From positions 1-62,335 of the forward strand of contig RDNZ01000013.1 in assembly GCA_011364905.1 (NCBI GenBank): DNA of 62,335 bases, read 5' to 3'. Each line of letters begins with the position of its first letter. Position 1 is the first letter of the stretch. The notes beneath the pieces were generated by a model. The model did not search any database and was not told the DNA's origin. It saw only the letters and a list, made by a program, of their open reading frames with translations. The position numbers were made by a program, and so were the translations under genes. The stretch comes from Candidatus Thorarchaeota archaeon (GTDB taxonomy: Archaea > Asgardarchaeota > Thorarchaeia > Thorarchaeales > Thorarchaeaceae). Positions 20,182-28,066 of the stretch are shown in pieces.

Positions 20182-20640
20182 TCAGGGTTTAAGCTGAGAT
20201 ACAACTTGTTTTCCAAACTCTCTACATTTAGGAAACTCGTTCTCCAAGATTGGCCCTTTCATATCCTCAACTTGAATGGATAATCCTGGAATCAATAGTT
20301 GTAGTCTCGGGGTCTTTTCGTCTATTCTCTTCTCCAGTTCCTTAACTGATTTTTCGAAGTCCTCTTTGATATATGTGTCAAAAATAGCTACTTTTGTCCC
20401 TTTTAGATCAGTTTTTCCAAGTTTATCAACGAATTTCTTAGCCCCTCTAGTTGGTCCGCCAAAATGAGTAGGACAACCAATTAAAATCGCGTCATATCCA
20501 TCTAGTTTCTTGAAATCGACTTTCTTCATGTTGCTAAGTGTGACTTCAATACCATCAACTGATCTTATGCTTTCTGCAATTGTTTTTGCTACCGTTTCCG
20601 TGTTTCCATACTTTGTGTCGAATGCTACAAGAACCTTCAT
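20182..20640 (-). CDS. Flavodoxin
   Basis: DTKYGNTETVA FMN loop; GCPTHFGG. Confidence 0.9.
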   Translation of the reverse strand: MKVLVAFDTKYGNTETVAKTIAESIRSVDGIEVTLSNMKKVDFKKLDGYDAILIGCPTHFGGPTRGAKKFVDKLGKTDLKGTKVAIFDTYIKEDFEKSVKELEKRIDEKTPRLQLLIPGLSIQVEDMKGPILENEFPKCREFGKQVVSQLKP

Positions 20641-20764
20641 TATATCTTCTCCAATGCGGCTCCAATATGAATCGCAGTGGCTGGAGCTAGCCTGTCCATA
20701 TTAAGTTCGCTTCTCCTTCATAGTACCACATCATGTTCTTGAACCAAATTTGGAAAACAAGCAA

Positions 20765-20826
20765 GAGTATTTCGAAACCTCTACAACCTGAAATGGAGCG
20801 GAGGTAAAACCACGGGTCAGTAGCTA
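20765..20826 (+). repeat. Decayed copy A of the tRNA-Lys promoter, leader and first 13 nt
   Basis: Ungapped manual alignment to 22517-22578, about 50/62 identical. Confidence 0.9.
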
Positions 20827-20893
20827 TCTACCAAAAGATTTTTACAATACGCTCAACTAATTTTAACAATTGTTAACAATGTTGGCCAATTAA

Positions 20894-21322
20894 ATGACAC
20901 AAACAACCAAATCGAATACTGAAATACAAGAAGAAAATGATCATAAGGAAATTGCTTTGGAATACTTCAAATTGGTGAGTTCAGGGAAATTCAAGGATGG
21001 ACTGCGTTTCTTTGCACCCGACTGCAAGACACACAATCCATTCGTTTCAGGTAGTATAGACACCTTGACCGATGCAATGATTTCAGCAGGTAAAGACCTA
21101 GGCTCGCAAAATTCAAACCCAGGATTTACTGTCAAACATGTTCTCGCTGACGGAAACCTTGTTGCAGTACACACAGAACTTCTGAGTTCCAAATCTGATC
21201 CCAATCAAGGGGGACTCAGACAAGTCCATCTCTTCCGTTTCATGGGCGATAAAATAGTTGAGTACTGGGATATAACACAACAAGTTCTGCCTGATATGCC
21301 CAACGCGAGTGGAGCTTTCTAA
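20894..21322 (+). CDS. SnoaL-like/NTF2-fold protein
   Basis: HNP, ADGNLVAVH, HLFRFMGDKIVEYWD. Confidence 0.88.
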   Translation: MTQTTKSNTEIQEENDHKEIALEYFKLVSSGKFKDGLRFFAPDCKTHNPFVSGSIDTLTDAMISAGKDLGSQNSNPGFTVKHVLADGNLVAVHTELLSSKSDPNQGGLRQVHLFRFMGDKIVEYWDITQQVLPDMPNASGAF

Positions 21323-21424
21323 TAGTCAAGTCCAACCTCTTTGCTCTGGAGGACCAGCTGCAGAGGTGAGCATATGAGCGGTAACGATGAGAAACCATTC
21401 CAAGATAATCTAGATGAGGTAAGA

Positions 21425-21493
21425 CGAAACCACAGGCCAGTGACTAAGCCAAGTATAGCGAAAGTACACTCAGAACCTCTCTGATGTATTGAA
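21425..21493 (+). repeat. Decayed copy B of the tRNA-Lys leader, 5' exon and intron 1 (tRNA pseudogene fragment)
   Basis: Ungapped manual alignment to 22557-22625, 62/69 identical. Confidence 0.95.
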
Positions 21494-21570
21494 CTCACAG
21501 TTCCAACAAGTGAAAAGATAGATAGGGCAAGAGTGGGAGGTATTGTAGGTATTATTGGAGGTACTTTTCA

Positions 21571-22461
21571 ATGTCAGATATTCCGTATAGCGGAGAAAAA
21601 ATGGCCAAAGTAGGCGAGGTTGAACTTGCCTACGATACATTTGGAGATCCATCATCAAGACCAATGCTACTCATCATGGGATTAGGTGCACAGATGATTA
21701 AATGGAAGGATGAATTCTGCCAGGTGATAGCATCAAAGGGTCACTATGTAATCCGTTTTGATAATCGCGATGTGGGTTTGTCAACAAAATTTGATGATGC
21801 GGGTGTTCCGGATGTTGGTTCACTAATGCAAGGAAAGCCTGTGGAAACACCATACAAACTGAAAGACATGGCTGCTGATGCAGTTGGTCTGCTGGACGTG
21901 TTAGGTATCAAATCGGCTGATGTAGTAGGCGTTTCAATGGGAGGCATGATTGCTCAGACAATGGCAATTGAGTATCCTGAGAGAGTACGGACCCTTACTT
22001 CAATTATGTCTTCAACAGGTAATCCAGAGCTACCACAACCTAAGCCTGAGGTAGGGGCACTTCTTGTTGCGCCGCCAGCAGCCAACAAGACAGACTACAT
22101 CACTAATCAGGTAGCAGCGGCTAAGATCCTACATGGAACTACATTTCAGATAGATGAGGATTACGTCCGTGATGAAGCAGACCGTGCTTATGAGAGAAAC
22201 TACAACCCCCAGGGATTCACACGGCAATTTGCAGCGATACTTGCATCTGGAAGTCGTAATGCGGACTTGCAAAAAGTAAAGATACCAACCCTCGTTCTTC
22301 ACGGTAGTGTGGACCCACTGGTTCCAATTGCTGGGGGAAAAGACACTGCTAATAGCATTCCTGGTGCAAAATTCCAAGCAATCGAGGGAATGGGACACAG
22401 CTTTCCAACTGAGAGAGTTCCAGAGATACTTCAAGCTATTCTACAACACACCTCACAGTAG
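21571..22461 (+). CDS. Alpha/beta hydrolase (esterase)
   Basis: RFDNRDVGLS, GVSMGG nucleophile, HGSVDPLVP, GMGH. Confidence 0.93.
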   Translation: MSDIPYSGEKMAKVGEVELAYDTFGDPSSRPMLLIMGLGAQMIKWKDEFCQVIASKGHYVIRFDNRDVGLSTKFDDAGVPDVGSLMQGKPVETPYKLKDMAADAVGLLDVLGIKSADVVGVSMGGMIAQTMAIEYPERVRTLTSIMSSTGNPELPQPKPEVGALLVAPPAANKTDYITNQVAAAKILHGTTFQIDEDYVRDEADRAYERNYNPQGFTRQFAAILASGSRNADLQKVKIPTLVLHGSVDPLVPIAGGKDTANSIPGAKFQAIEGMGHSFPTERVPEILQAILQHTSQ

Positions 22462-22565
22462 ATGACCATAAGTAAGGTAGACACTGATAGAAGTCAGTAT
22501 ACTACTTTGATTGAGCGAATATTCCGAAAGCTCTATAACATAAAACGGAGCAGAGGCGAAACCAC

Positions 22566-22701
22566 GGGCCAGTGGCTAAGCCAGGTATAGCGACAGTACA
22601 TTCAGAATCTCTCTGATGTGTTGAAGCTCTTAACTTGTTGGTCGAGGGTTCGTAGAATCTGAATACCGGATTCTAGCCCAAAAATCCCTCCTGGCCCGCC
22701 A
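22566..22701 (+). tRNA. tRNA-Lys(CUU) with two non-canonical introns (22597-22625 at 30/31; 22652-22681 at 56/57) and encoded CCA
   Basis: Acceptor GGGCCAG/CTGGCCC + G73 + CCA; D stem GCTA/TAGC; after splicing, anticodon arm ACAGG-CTCTTAA-CTTGT and T arm GAGGG-TTCAAAT-CCCTC; both introns have a 4-bp central helix and bulge/cut positions matching BHB rules. Confidence 0.93.
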
Positions 22702-22760
22702 ATTCTTCTACTAATTGCTAAGTGATTTTGGAGAAGGCGACTTCTAACTTCGTTACTAGT

Positions 22761-23459
22761 CTACCCTAACTCAGGTCCACGAAATGCTCTTCCGCATCTG
22801 GAGCAGAATCCTGCATTGGAATCGACTCGCGGTGCTCCACAATACGGACAGTATCCTCCCTGTTGCGTTTGCCTAGGAATTGGAGTGGCATGACCTTGAG
22901 TCTGTCCATATACAGACTGCTGACCAGAAAATGCATTTTGTTTCTTCTGATACTCACGCGATATCACTCCTACAACAAGAACGATGAAGACAAGAAAGGC
23001 AGCTCCTTCAATAATGCCATCCGTCGAAAGATCATTTGGTACGTAGGGTGCGCTGACTGTCACTGTTCCCTCAATATGCCTGCTAAATAACCAATCATTA
23101 TTGATGAAAAGCATGTGCCATTCGCCAGAGCTGGGAACGGTAAACGATTCCGAGATACTTCCAATACTCTCTTTGATGACCTCCGCATATGCATCCTGAT
23201 TATTATGCCATAGATCATAGTTCTCCTCATCAAGGATATAGAAATCAATGTCAGTACCATAAGTCACATCAAAGTCAATATGGATGGTATAGCCCTCTTC
23301 GATGTTATTCCAATAGTAGTTATGCGACCCAAGAGGATCGACCCAAATATCTATTGTAGCATTAGGATGGATATCTCGAGGTCTTGGGGTGGCAGCATCT
23401 ACCCCAATTGGAAGTAAGATACCCAGAATCACCAAGAAGATGAAACCACGACGATTCAA
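22761..23459 (-). CDS. Type I membrane protein: signal peptide, GOLD/emp24-like beta domain, TM, cytoplasmic zinc ribbon (cassette 1)
   Basis: DFDVTYGTDIDFYILD...FTVPSSGEWHMLFIN; CPYCG...CSRCG. Confidence 0.7.
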   Translation of the reverse strand: MNRRGFIFLVILGILLPIGVDAATPRPRDIHPNATIDIWVDPLGSHNYYWNNIEEGYTIHIDFDVTYGTDIDFYILDEENYDLWHNNQDAYAEVIKESIGSISESFTVPSSGEWHMLFINNDWLFSRHIEGTVTVSAPYVPNDLSTDGIIEGAAFLVFIVLVVGVISREYQKKQNAFSGQQSVYGQTQGHATPIPRQTQQGGYCPYCGAPRVDSNAGFCSRCGRAFRGPELG

Positions 23460-23586
23460 CTACTTGTTCCCACCATTCTATCGGATGAATGTTAAGCATA
23501 TTTAATTTCTTCCAACAGATTCTGGAAGCTTCAGCCTACAGAAGTGCATCATTTCTCAATGATACAAGTCATACCTCTGCACCGAA

Positions 23587-23607
23587 CAAATCCCTTCTGG
23601 CCCGCCA
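23587..23607 (+). repeat. tRNA-Lys 3'-end direct repeat R1
   Basis: caaatcccttctggcccgcca, 20/21 to the spliced tRNA 3' end. Confidence 0.95.
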
Positions 23608-23647
23608 TCTCTATATTTGTGGATTCTTTCAGTAAGAGTATCTAGTT

Positions 23648-23962
23648 TTATTGCTTGATTGGAATACAGCAGGAGATTCCTGAGATTAGACCACCAATGG
23701 CAGCGACCAGAGTCAAGATGACAACATCCCCGATAGTCAATGGAATCAAAGAAGTCAATACTATATACCCATACCAAGTCAATCCAGTAGCTATTATCAT
23801 CAGACCTAGCAGGATCCCACCTGCCCGGCTCATTCTTACTCTCTTGGAATAATCGGTCTTTTCCATTAGACCGAGGACTAACAATACAATGGCAATCACA
23901 AACCCAAAACCTAGAAACCCTACTATACTGAAGCTAAACATCTGTTGCACTTGTGTTTGCAA
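23648..23962 (-). CDS. Hypothetical 3-TM membrane protein (cassette 2)
   Basis: 104 aa hydrophobic ORF; TATAAA-like box upstream. Confidence 0.65.
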   Translation of the reverse strand: MQTQVQQMFSFSIVGFLGFGFVIAIVLLVLGLMEKTDYSKRVRMSRAGGILLGLMIIATGLTWYGYIVLTSLIPLTIGDVVILTLVAAIGGLISGISCCIPIKQ

Positions 23963-24029
23963 TACGAACGCCCCAGTATCGCTCTATCTTTTCCAGAGTT
24001 ATAGTTATCGGATTTTGAAAGAAGGCCTA

Positions 24030-24045
24030 CCCGTCTGACCCGCCA
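24030..24045 (+). repeat. tRNA-Lys 3'-end direct repeat R2 (degenerate)
   Basis: cccgtctgacccgcca, 13/16 to ccctcctggcccgcca; sits in the expected intergenic position. Confidence 0.65.
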
Positions 24046-24074
24046 TACATCCTTTTCCATGGCGTCTTTACAAC

Positions 24075-24749
24075 TCACTGAATAAATATGCTACCTGCTA
24101 TCATTATCAGAAACGGGAGATTCACGAGATACATAACAAAATCATAGAGTGTTTCAAAAGCTGGCTCCTTACAAACCAGCTTGGCATAGTCTTGCGTTTC
24201 TTCCTTATTAGAAAAAAGAGAGATCAATTCAAGTCGATAACTTACAGCATTCATTCTATTCTGTTCTCTTTCAAATCTATGTCGTCGTCTCCATACCGAC
24301 ACTGGTAATACCATCACGGAAAAAAAGAAGCAGCTCAAGGTTATAGTATACAAGGTACCAAATGGAGAGAGTAGAAAGACAAAGTACAGAGCTGCAATAA
24401 GAATGATTAATGGATAGAGGAACGGAATGAAGAAATCAAGAATGATAATCTCACGAAATGACTCCAATTCTTTTTCCCTCTCAATGTGGTTCACAGTTTT
24501 TGCAAAGTATAATTTCACACCTGAAAGGAGGTCTGTATCTCTTAACCTAATTTTTAGTAATCCATTATCATCAATGCTTGAAGAACACGTGCGTCGCCGA
24601 GAAGAATCAGTTTCTTCGAATTTGATCTCAACTCTCTCTAGAACAACATTGCTATATTCTTCTGTATAAAGCCCAGGACTCTTTTCAAGTATCAACTTCT
24701 CTGCCCGTCTTATTTCGTCCGCACTATGATTCAGGCTCATTGTTTTCAA
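24075..24749 (-). CDS. Hypothetical membrane protein (cassette 3)
   Basis: 224 aa; soluble N-terminus and three TM segments. Confidence 0.65.
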   Translation of the reverse strand: MKTMSLNHSADEIRRAEKLILEKSPGLYTEEYSNVVLERVEIKFEETDSSRRRTCSSSIDDNGLLKIRLRDTDLLSGVKLYFAKTVNHIEREKELESFREIIILDFFIPFLYPLIILIAALYFVFLLSPFGTLYTITLSCFFFSVMVLPVSVWRRRHRFEREQNRMNAVSYRLELISLFSNKEETQDYAKLVCKEPAFETLYDFVMYLVNLPFLIMIAGSIFIQ

Positions 24750-24817
24750 TCCGTCATTGCAACCTCATTATCTTATCATACAACAAGAATCGAGATAATT
24801 ATTATTGAACGATCTTT

Positions 24818-24845
24818 GAGAATTCAAATCCCCCCTGGCCTGCCA
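24818..24845 (+). repeat. tRNA-Lys 3'-end direct repeat R3 (intron-less form)
   Basis: gagaattcaaatcccccctggcctgcca, 24/28 to spliced gagggttcaaatccctcctggcccgcca. Confidence 0.92.
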
Positions 24846-24854
24846 TCAGTTTTC

Positions 24855-25109
24855 CTACCCTCTTGAATCCATCTGAAATGCCTCCTCAGCATGCCAACCA
24901 ATGAATACTAACAGACTACCAATACCACTCCCAATCGCGCCTCCTTGAACTGCCACACCAATGTACAAATTGGTATCTATATACTGGGGAGAGTATGCAA
25001 TCAGATATGCTGCTGATAAAACAACACTGAAAACTGAGAAGAGCAGAATTGCCATTCCTAAGGCAAATATAATAGCTCTTACTATGAAGGGGATATTTCT
25101 ACCACTCAA
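24855..25109 (-). CDS. Small 2-TM hypothetical protein (cassette 4)
   Basis: 84 aa; GGAGGGTGG SD-like element and AT-rich TATA-like box upstream. Confidence 0.65.
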   Translation of the reverse strand: MSGRNIPFIVRAIIFALGMAILLFSVFSVVLSAAYLIAYSPQYIDTNLYIGVAVQGGAIGSGIGSLLVFIGWHAEEAFQMDSRG

Positions 25110-25164
25110 TCTACCACCCTCCAGACTGAGAAAAGATGTTCTATTAAATACATACTACTGAATA

Positions 25165-25188
25165 GTTCAAATCCCCTCTGGTCCGCCG
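25165..25188 (+). repeat. tRNA-Lys 3'-end direct repeat R4 (intron-less form)
   Basis: gttcaaatcccctctggtccgccg, 20/24. Confidence 0.9.
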
Positions 25189-25191
25189 ACT

Positions 25192-26367
25192 CTATTTCCT
25201 TCGAATCACAATGAATACAACGATTACAATCACAGCTATGGTTCCGATAATCAACAAAATGAGCATCACCGGAGTTTCAGGTGGTAGAAAGGTATCCGTA
25301 GTTGTTTCTGTGGAAGTCGTTGTTCCAGTTGTAGTGGGTGGAGTAGTCATTGTGGTCGACTCCCCCAGAACGGTGATGATAACAGTATCGACCAAACTGT
25401 ATCCAGACACATCGTTCACAACAAGAGTCAGATTATACATTCCAACTGTCAAACCATCTATTGCCTTTGACAGATGATCCAAGGATGTATTTAATGGGCC
25501 CTGAGTGAAAATTGCATCATTCCAAAACATCGCATAAGAATGAGGATTTGGTAATCTCACATCCCATGCGACTGAGGGGACAGATGAACCAAAAACATAC
25601 TCAACATCAGTTGGCTTACTGAGAAATCCTCGAGGATAGTTGTCTTCACCAACTCCCGAAATTGAATAGGCACCTACTCCGGAATAGTCCGACCAGATAT
25701 TCCCTGTACTGCTTCCGTCATCCCAGTCATTGAACATTCCTTGGTCGTTAGCATTTCCTGCAGAGTTGAAACCTATCATGTTGTCGTAAATCTCAGAATA
25801 CAGAGTATATGAATAAACATTCAAACCAAGATTGGCATTTCCATAGACCTTGTTACCCACTATGATAACACCTGATGTGTATATCATGTATATCCCGTCA
25901 GCTGAGCATCCATAGATCTTGTTTTCCATGATCTCCAGATAGTTAACAACATAGAGCCGTATAGAATACTGCTTATCATGAATAGTGTTGTTGTAAATCA
26001 ATCCATTGTTTACATTTGAAACATAGATGCCTCTGCCTGAATCTTGGGATTGTGAGTACAATAAACAATTACTGATGATAAAATGAACATCGGTATTTGC
26101 TATGCTGACACAAGTGCCGTCAGTCACGATTTCAAGTGAGTCAATGACATAAGGCGATTGCTCTGTGCCATTACCCGGCCAACCCTGTGCTGCAAAATCC
26201 GCGTTGCTTGATATTGTAATTGCGGCATGAGGAGTGAGCGATGATAATCTAAACGAGGTGTTCTGAAACTCATTCGAATCCATGGGCAAGGAAATGAAAC
26301 TAATGCTAGCGCAGGACATGACCAGTATAATACTCAATACTAATGGAAAAGATGTCTTCTTCACCAA
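25192..26367 (-). CDS. Cell-surface right-handed beta-helix (NosD/CASH) protein with Thr-rich linker and TM anchor (cassette 5)
   Basis: GWPGNGTEQSPYVI, repeated NxIxxN/GIY units, GNIWSDY; TTTATATA box upstream. Confidence 0.85.
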   Translation of the reverse strand: MVKKTSFPLVLSIILVMSCASISFISLPMDSNEFQNTSFRLSSLTPHAAITISSNADFAAQGWPGNGTEQSPYVIDSLEIVTDGTCVSIANTDVHFIISNCLLYSQSQDSGRGIYVSNVNNGLIYNNTIHDKQYSIRLYVVNYLEIMENKIYGCSADGIYMIYTSGVIIVGNKVYGNANLGLNVYSYTLYSEIYDNMIGFNSAGNANDQGMFNDWDDGSSTGNIWSDYSGVGAYSISGVGEDNYPRGFLSKPTDVEYVFGSSVPSVAWDVRLPNPHSYAMFWNDAIFTQGPLNTSLDHLSKAIDGLTVGMYNLTLVVNDVSGYSLVDTVIITVLGESTTMTTPPTTTGTTTSTETTTDTFLPPETPVMLILLIIGTIAVIVIVVFIVIRRK

Positions 26368-26446
26368 TCTCCCCAGACCAGATGGGCAAATCCACTATAT
26401 AAAGAAGAGCAGTGTTCCATTTACTTTTTTATAACGGGACTTCAAT

Positions 26447-26465
26447 AATCCCTCCTGGCCCGCCA
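26447..26465 (+). repeat. tRNA-Lys 3'-end direct repeat R5
   Basis: aatccctcctggcccgcca, perfect 19/19 to 22683-22701; the pyrimidine-rich flank is also similar. Confidence 0.97.
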
Positions 26466-26472
26466 ACTCTTT

Positions 26473-26964
26473 CTAAGTTCTTCTTTCTATAGTCCTTGTT
26501 CTTAAGACCTGATGCGCTCCAACCAGTAATAGTAATGGAGTTGGCACAAACAATCTTAGATTGACATCCGGTGCTAAAATTGATATGAGGACTCCTGGCA
26601 GTGTTCCATAAATCACGTTGCCAGACATCAATACCAAACAAATGATAATCTCAATTCCGATGAGGATTAATCCAAAGGTCCGAACAAGATTCAGACCAAC
26701 TCTATCTAGGTTGAATCCAATCAGCGTGATCACAAACAATACCCTTGGTATCAACACTATAATGTTCGGTAATAAGATGATTAGCCAATCATTGAGATAC
26801 CAGTCAGAGTATAGAATTGCCCACGTTGATCCCATAACTCCAAAGAAGAGATGACTTGAATCACGCCACTCCAGATATTGAAATCCTATTACCGCAGGAG
26901 TGAATAATGCTAATACTAGGAGTAGAATGAGATTCCGAACCGTATTTGCAGAATTGAATCTCAA
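26473..26964 (-). CDS. Hypothetical 4-TM membrane protein (cassette 6)
   Basis: 163 aa hydrophobic ORF. Confidence 0.65.
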   Translation of the reverse strand: MRFNSANTVRNLILLLVLALFTPAVIGFQYLEWRDSSHLFFGVMGSTWAILYSDWYLNDWLIILLPNIIVLIPRVLFVITLIGFNLDRVGLNLVRTFGLILIGIEIIICLVLMSGNVIYGTLPGVLISILAPDVNLRLFVPTPLLLLVGAHQVLRTRTIERRT

Positions 26965-27064
26965 ATTGCCTTGCTCCTATCACACAACCTACCGTTATTG
27001 CGCTCTTTTGATAGAAATGTCTATCCATTACCAAAGAAATGTACGAGGACCTCTGCTCTGTCCT

Positions 27065-27083
27065 AATCCCTCCTGGTCCGCCA
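27065..27083 (+). repeat. tRNA-Lys 3'-end direct repeat R6
   Basis: aatccctcctggtccgcca, 18/19. Confidence 0.95.
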
Positions 27084-27091
27084 TCTTGATT

Positions 27092-27838
27092 TTACTGATT
27101 TCTGAAAATGTATATTCCCCAGCTGATGGTATCTCTACCCCATTTTAGGTAGATATCTTTTGCAGTCTTTGTTTTCTCGAGAAGCTCCTGATTATCGGGA
27201 TCATCAGTATGCGACTGAATATAATTTTCAACAGCCCACCACTGAAGAGTTTCATAGTGGTCCCAATCATCTTTGTTAGACACAAGTGTATAGAGGCATG
27301 TGAGTCCCATTTCTTCACCTTGATACACATTATCTTCATGCGGTCGAAAAGAATTACGAGTCATTTTGGTCACCTCAAGATATTCAGTATCAGGCTCTTT
27401 CAACCAAAAAGGTTCACCAACAATCGCAAGACCTCCAGGTTTTATCATCTGCTTGAGTGCTCTCAATGTTCCAGCATGATCTTCAAAGACCCAGCTTGCT
27501 CCTAAACACATTGCAACATCAAATAGTCCTCCTGATTCAGGTCGATACTTAGCACCATCCAACTCAATGAAGGTTAAATCGGATTCAGGAACTCTCTCGA
27601 GATGTTTCTTCTTACAATCATTGATACAAAATGGAGATAGATCAACTCCCACGCCTGAAATTCCATATTTCTCTGCTAGTCTGACTAAGACCTCCCCCTT
27701 TCCACATGCGATATCAAGAATTCGAGTATCTTTTGGCAGGTTGAGAAGTTGACAGAATCGTTCGAATTTCTCTTCACTCATTGGATTACAGAGTACATGA
27801 TGCTTGTGTGTAATGTCATAATACTTCCATTTGTCCAT
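27092..27838 (-). CDS. Class I SAM-dependent methyltransferase, YjhP-like (cassette 7)
   Basis: ILDIACGKGE, GVDLS, CLGASW, KPGG..IVGEPFW. Confidence 0.88.
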   Translation of the reverse strand: MDKWKYYDITHKHHVLCNPMSEEKFERFCQLLNLPKDTRILDIACGKGEVLVRLAEKYGISGVGVDLSPFCINDCKKKHLERVPESDLTFIELDGAKYRPESGGLFDVAMCLGASWVFEDHAGTLRALKQMIKPGGLAIVGEPFWLKEPDTEYLEVTKMTRNSFRPHEDNVYQGEEMGLTCLYTLVSNKDDWDHYETLQWWAVENYIQSHTDDPDNQELLEKTKTAKDIYLKWGRDTISWGIYIFRNQ

Positions 27839-27889
27839 CTACATCATCTCCATACCTGTTGACTCGAAGATACTCTTGGAAATAAATAT

Positions 27890-27918
27890 TCGAGGGTTCA
27901 AATCACCCTAGCCGGCTA
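27890..27918 (+). repeat. tRNA-Lys 3'-end direct repeat R7 (intron-less form)
   Basis: tcgagggttcaaatc is a perfect 15-nt match across the intron-2 splice junction, followed by degenerate accctagccggcta. Confidence 0.88.
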
Positions 27919-28066
27919 CTCTTTCCCGATTCTATCAAACATCTCGATAGGATGAACGTCATACTTTGCTGCAATAATCTTGTAACTTATATAAATCAGG
28001 TTTATACGAAGACGTATGGCCCAAGATCATCTTGAACGCATTGAGAGATTAGTGGGAGCTGAATAG

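Noticed and set aside
21425-21493. Functional split-tRNA 5' half
   Set aside because: It has substitutions at G1, in the D stem and in the D-loop GG, its promoter is missing, and no complementary leader was seen; it looks like neutral decay.
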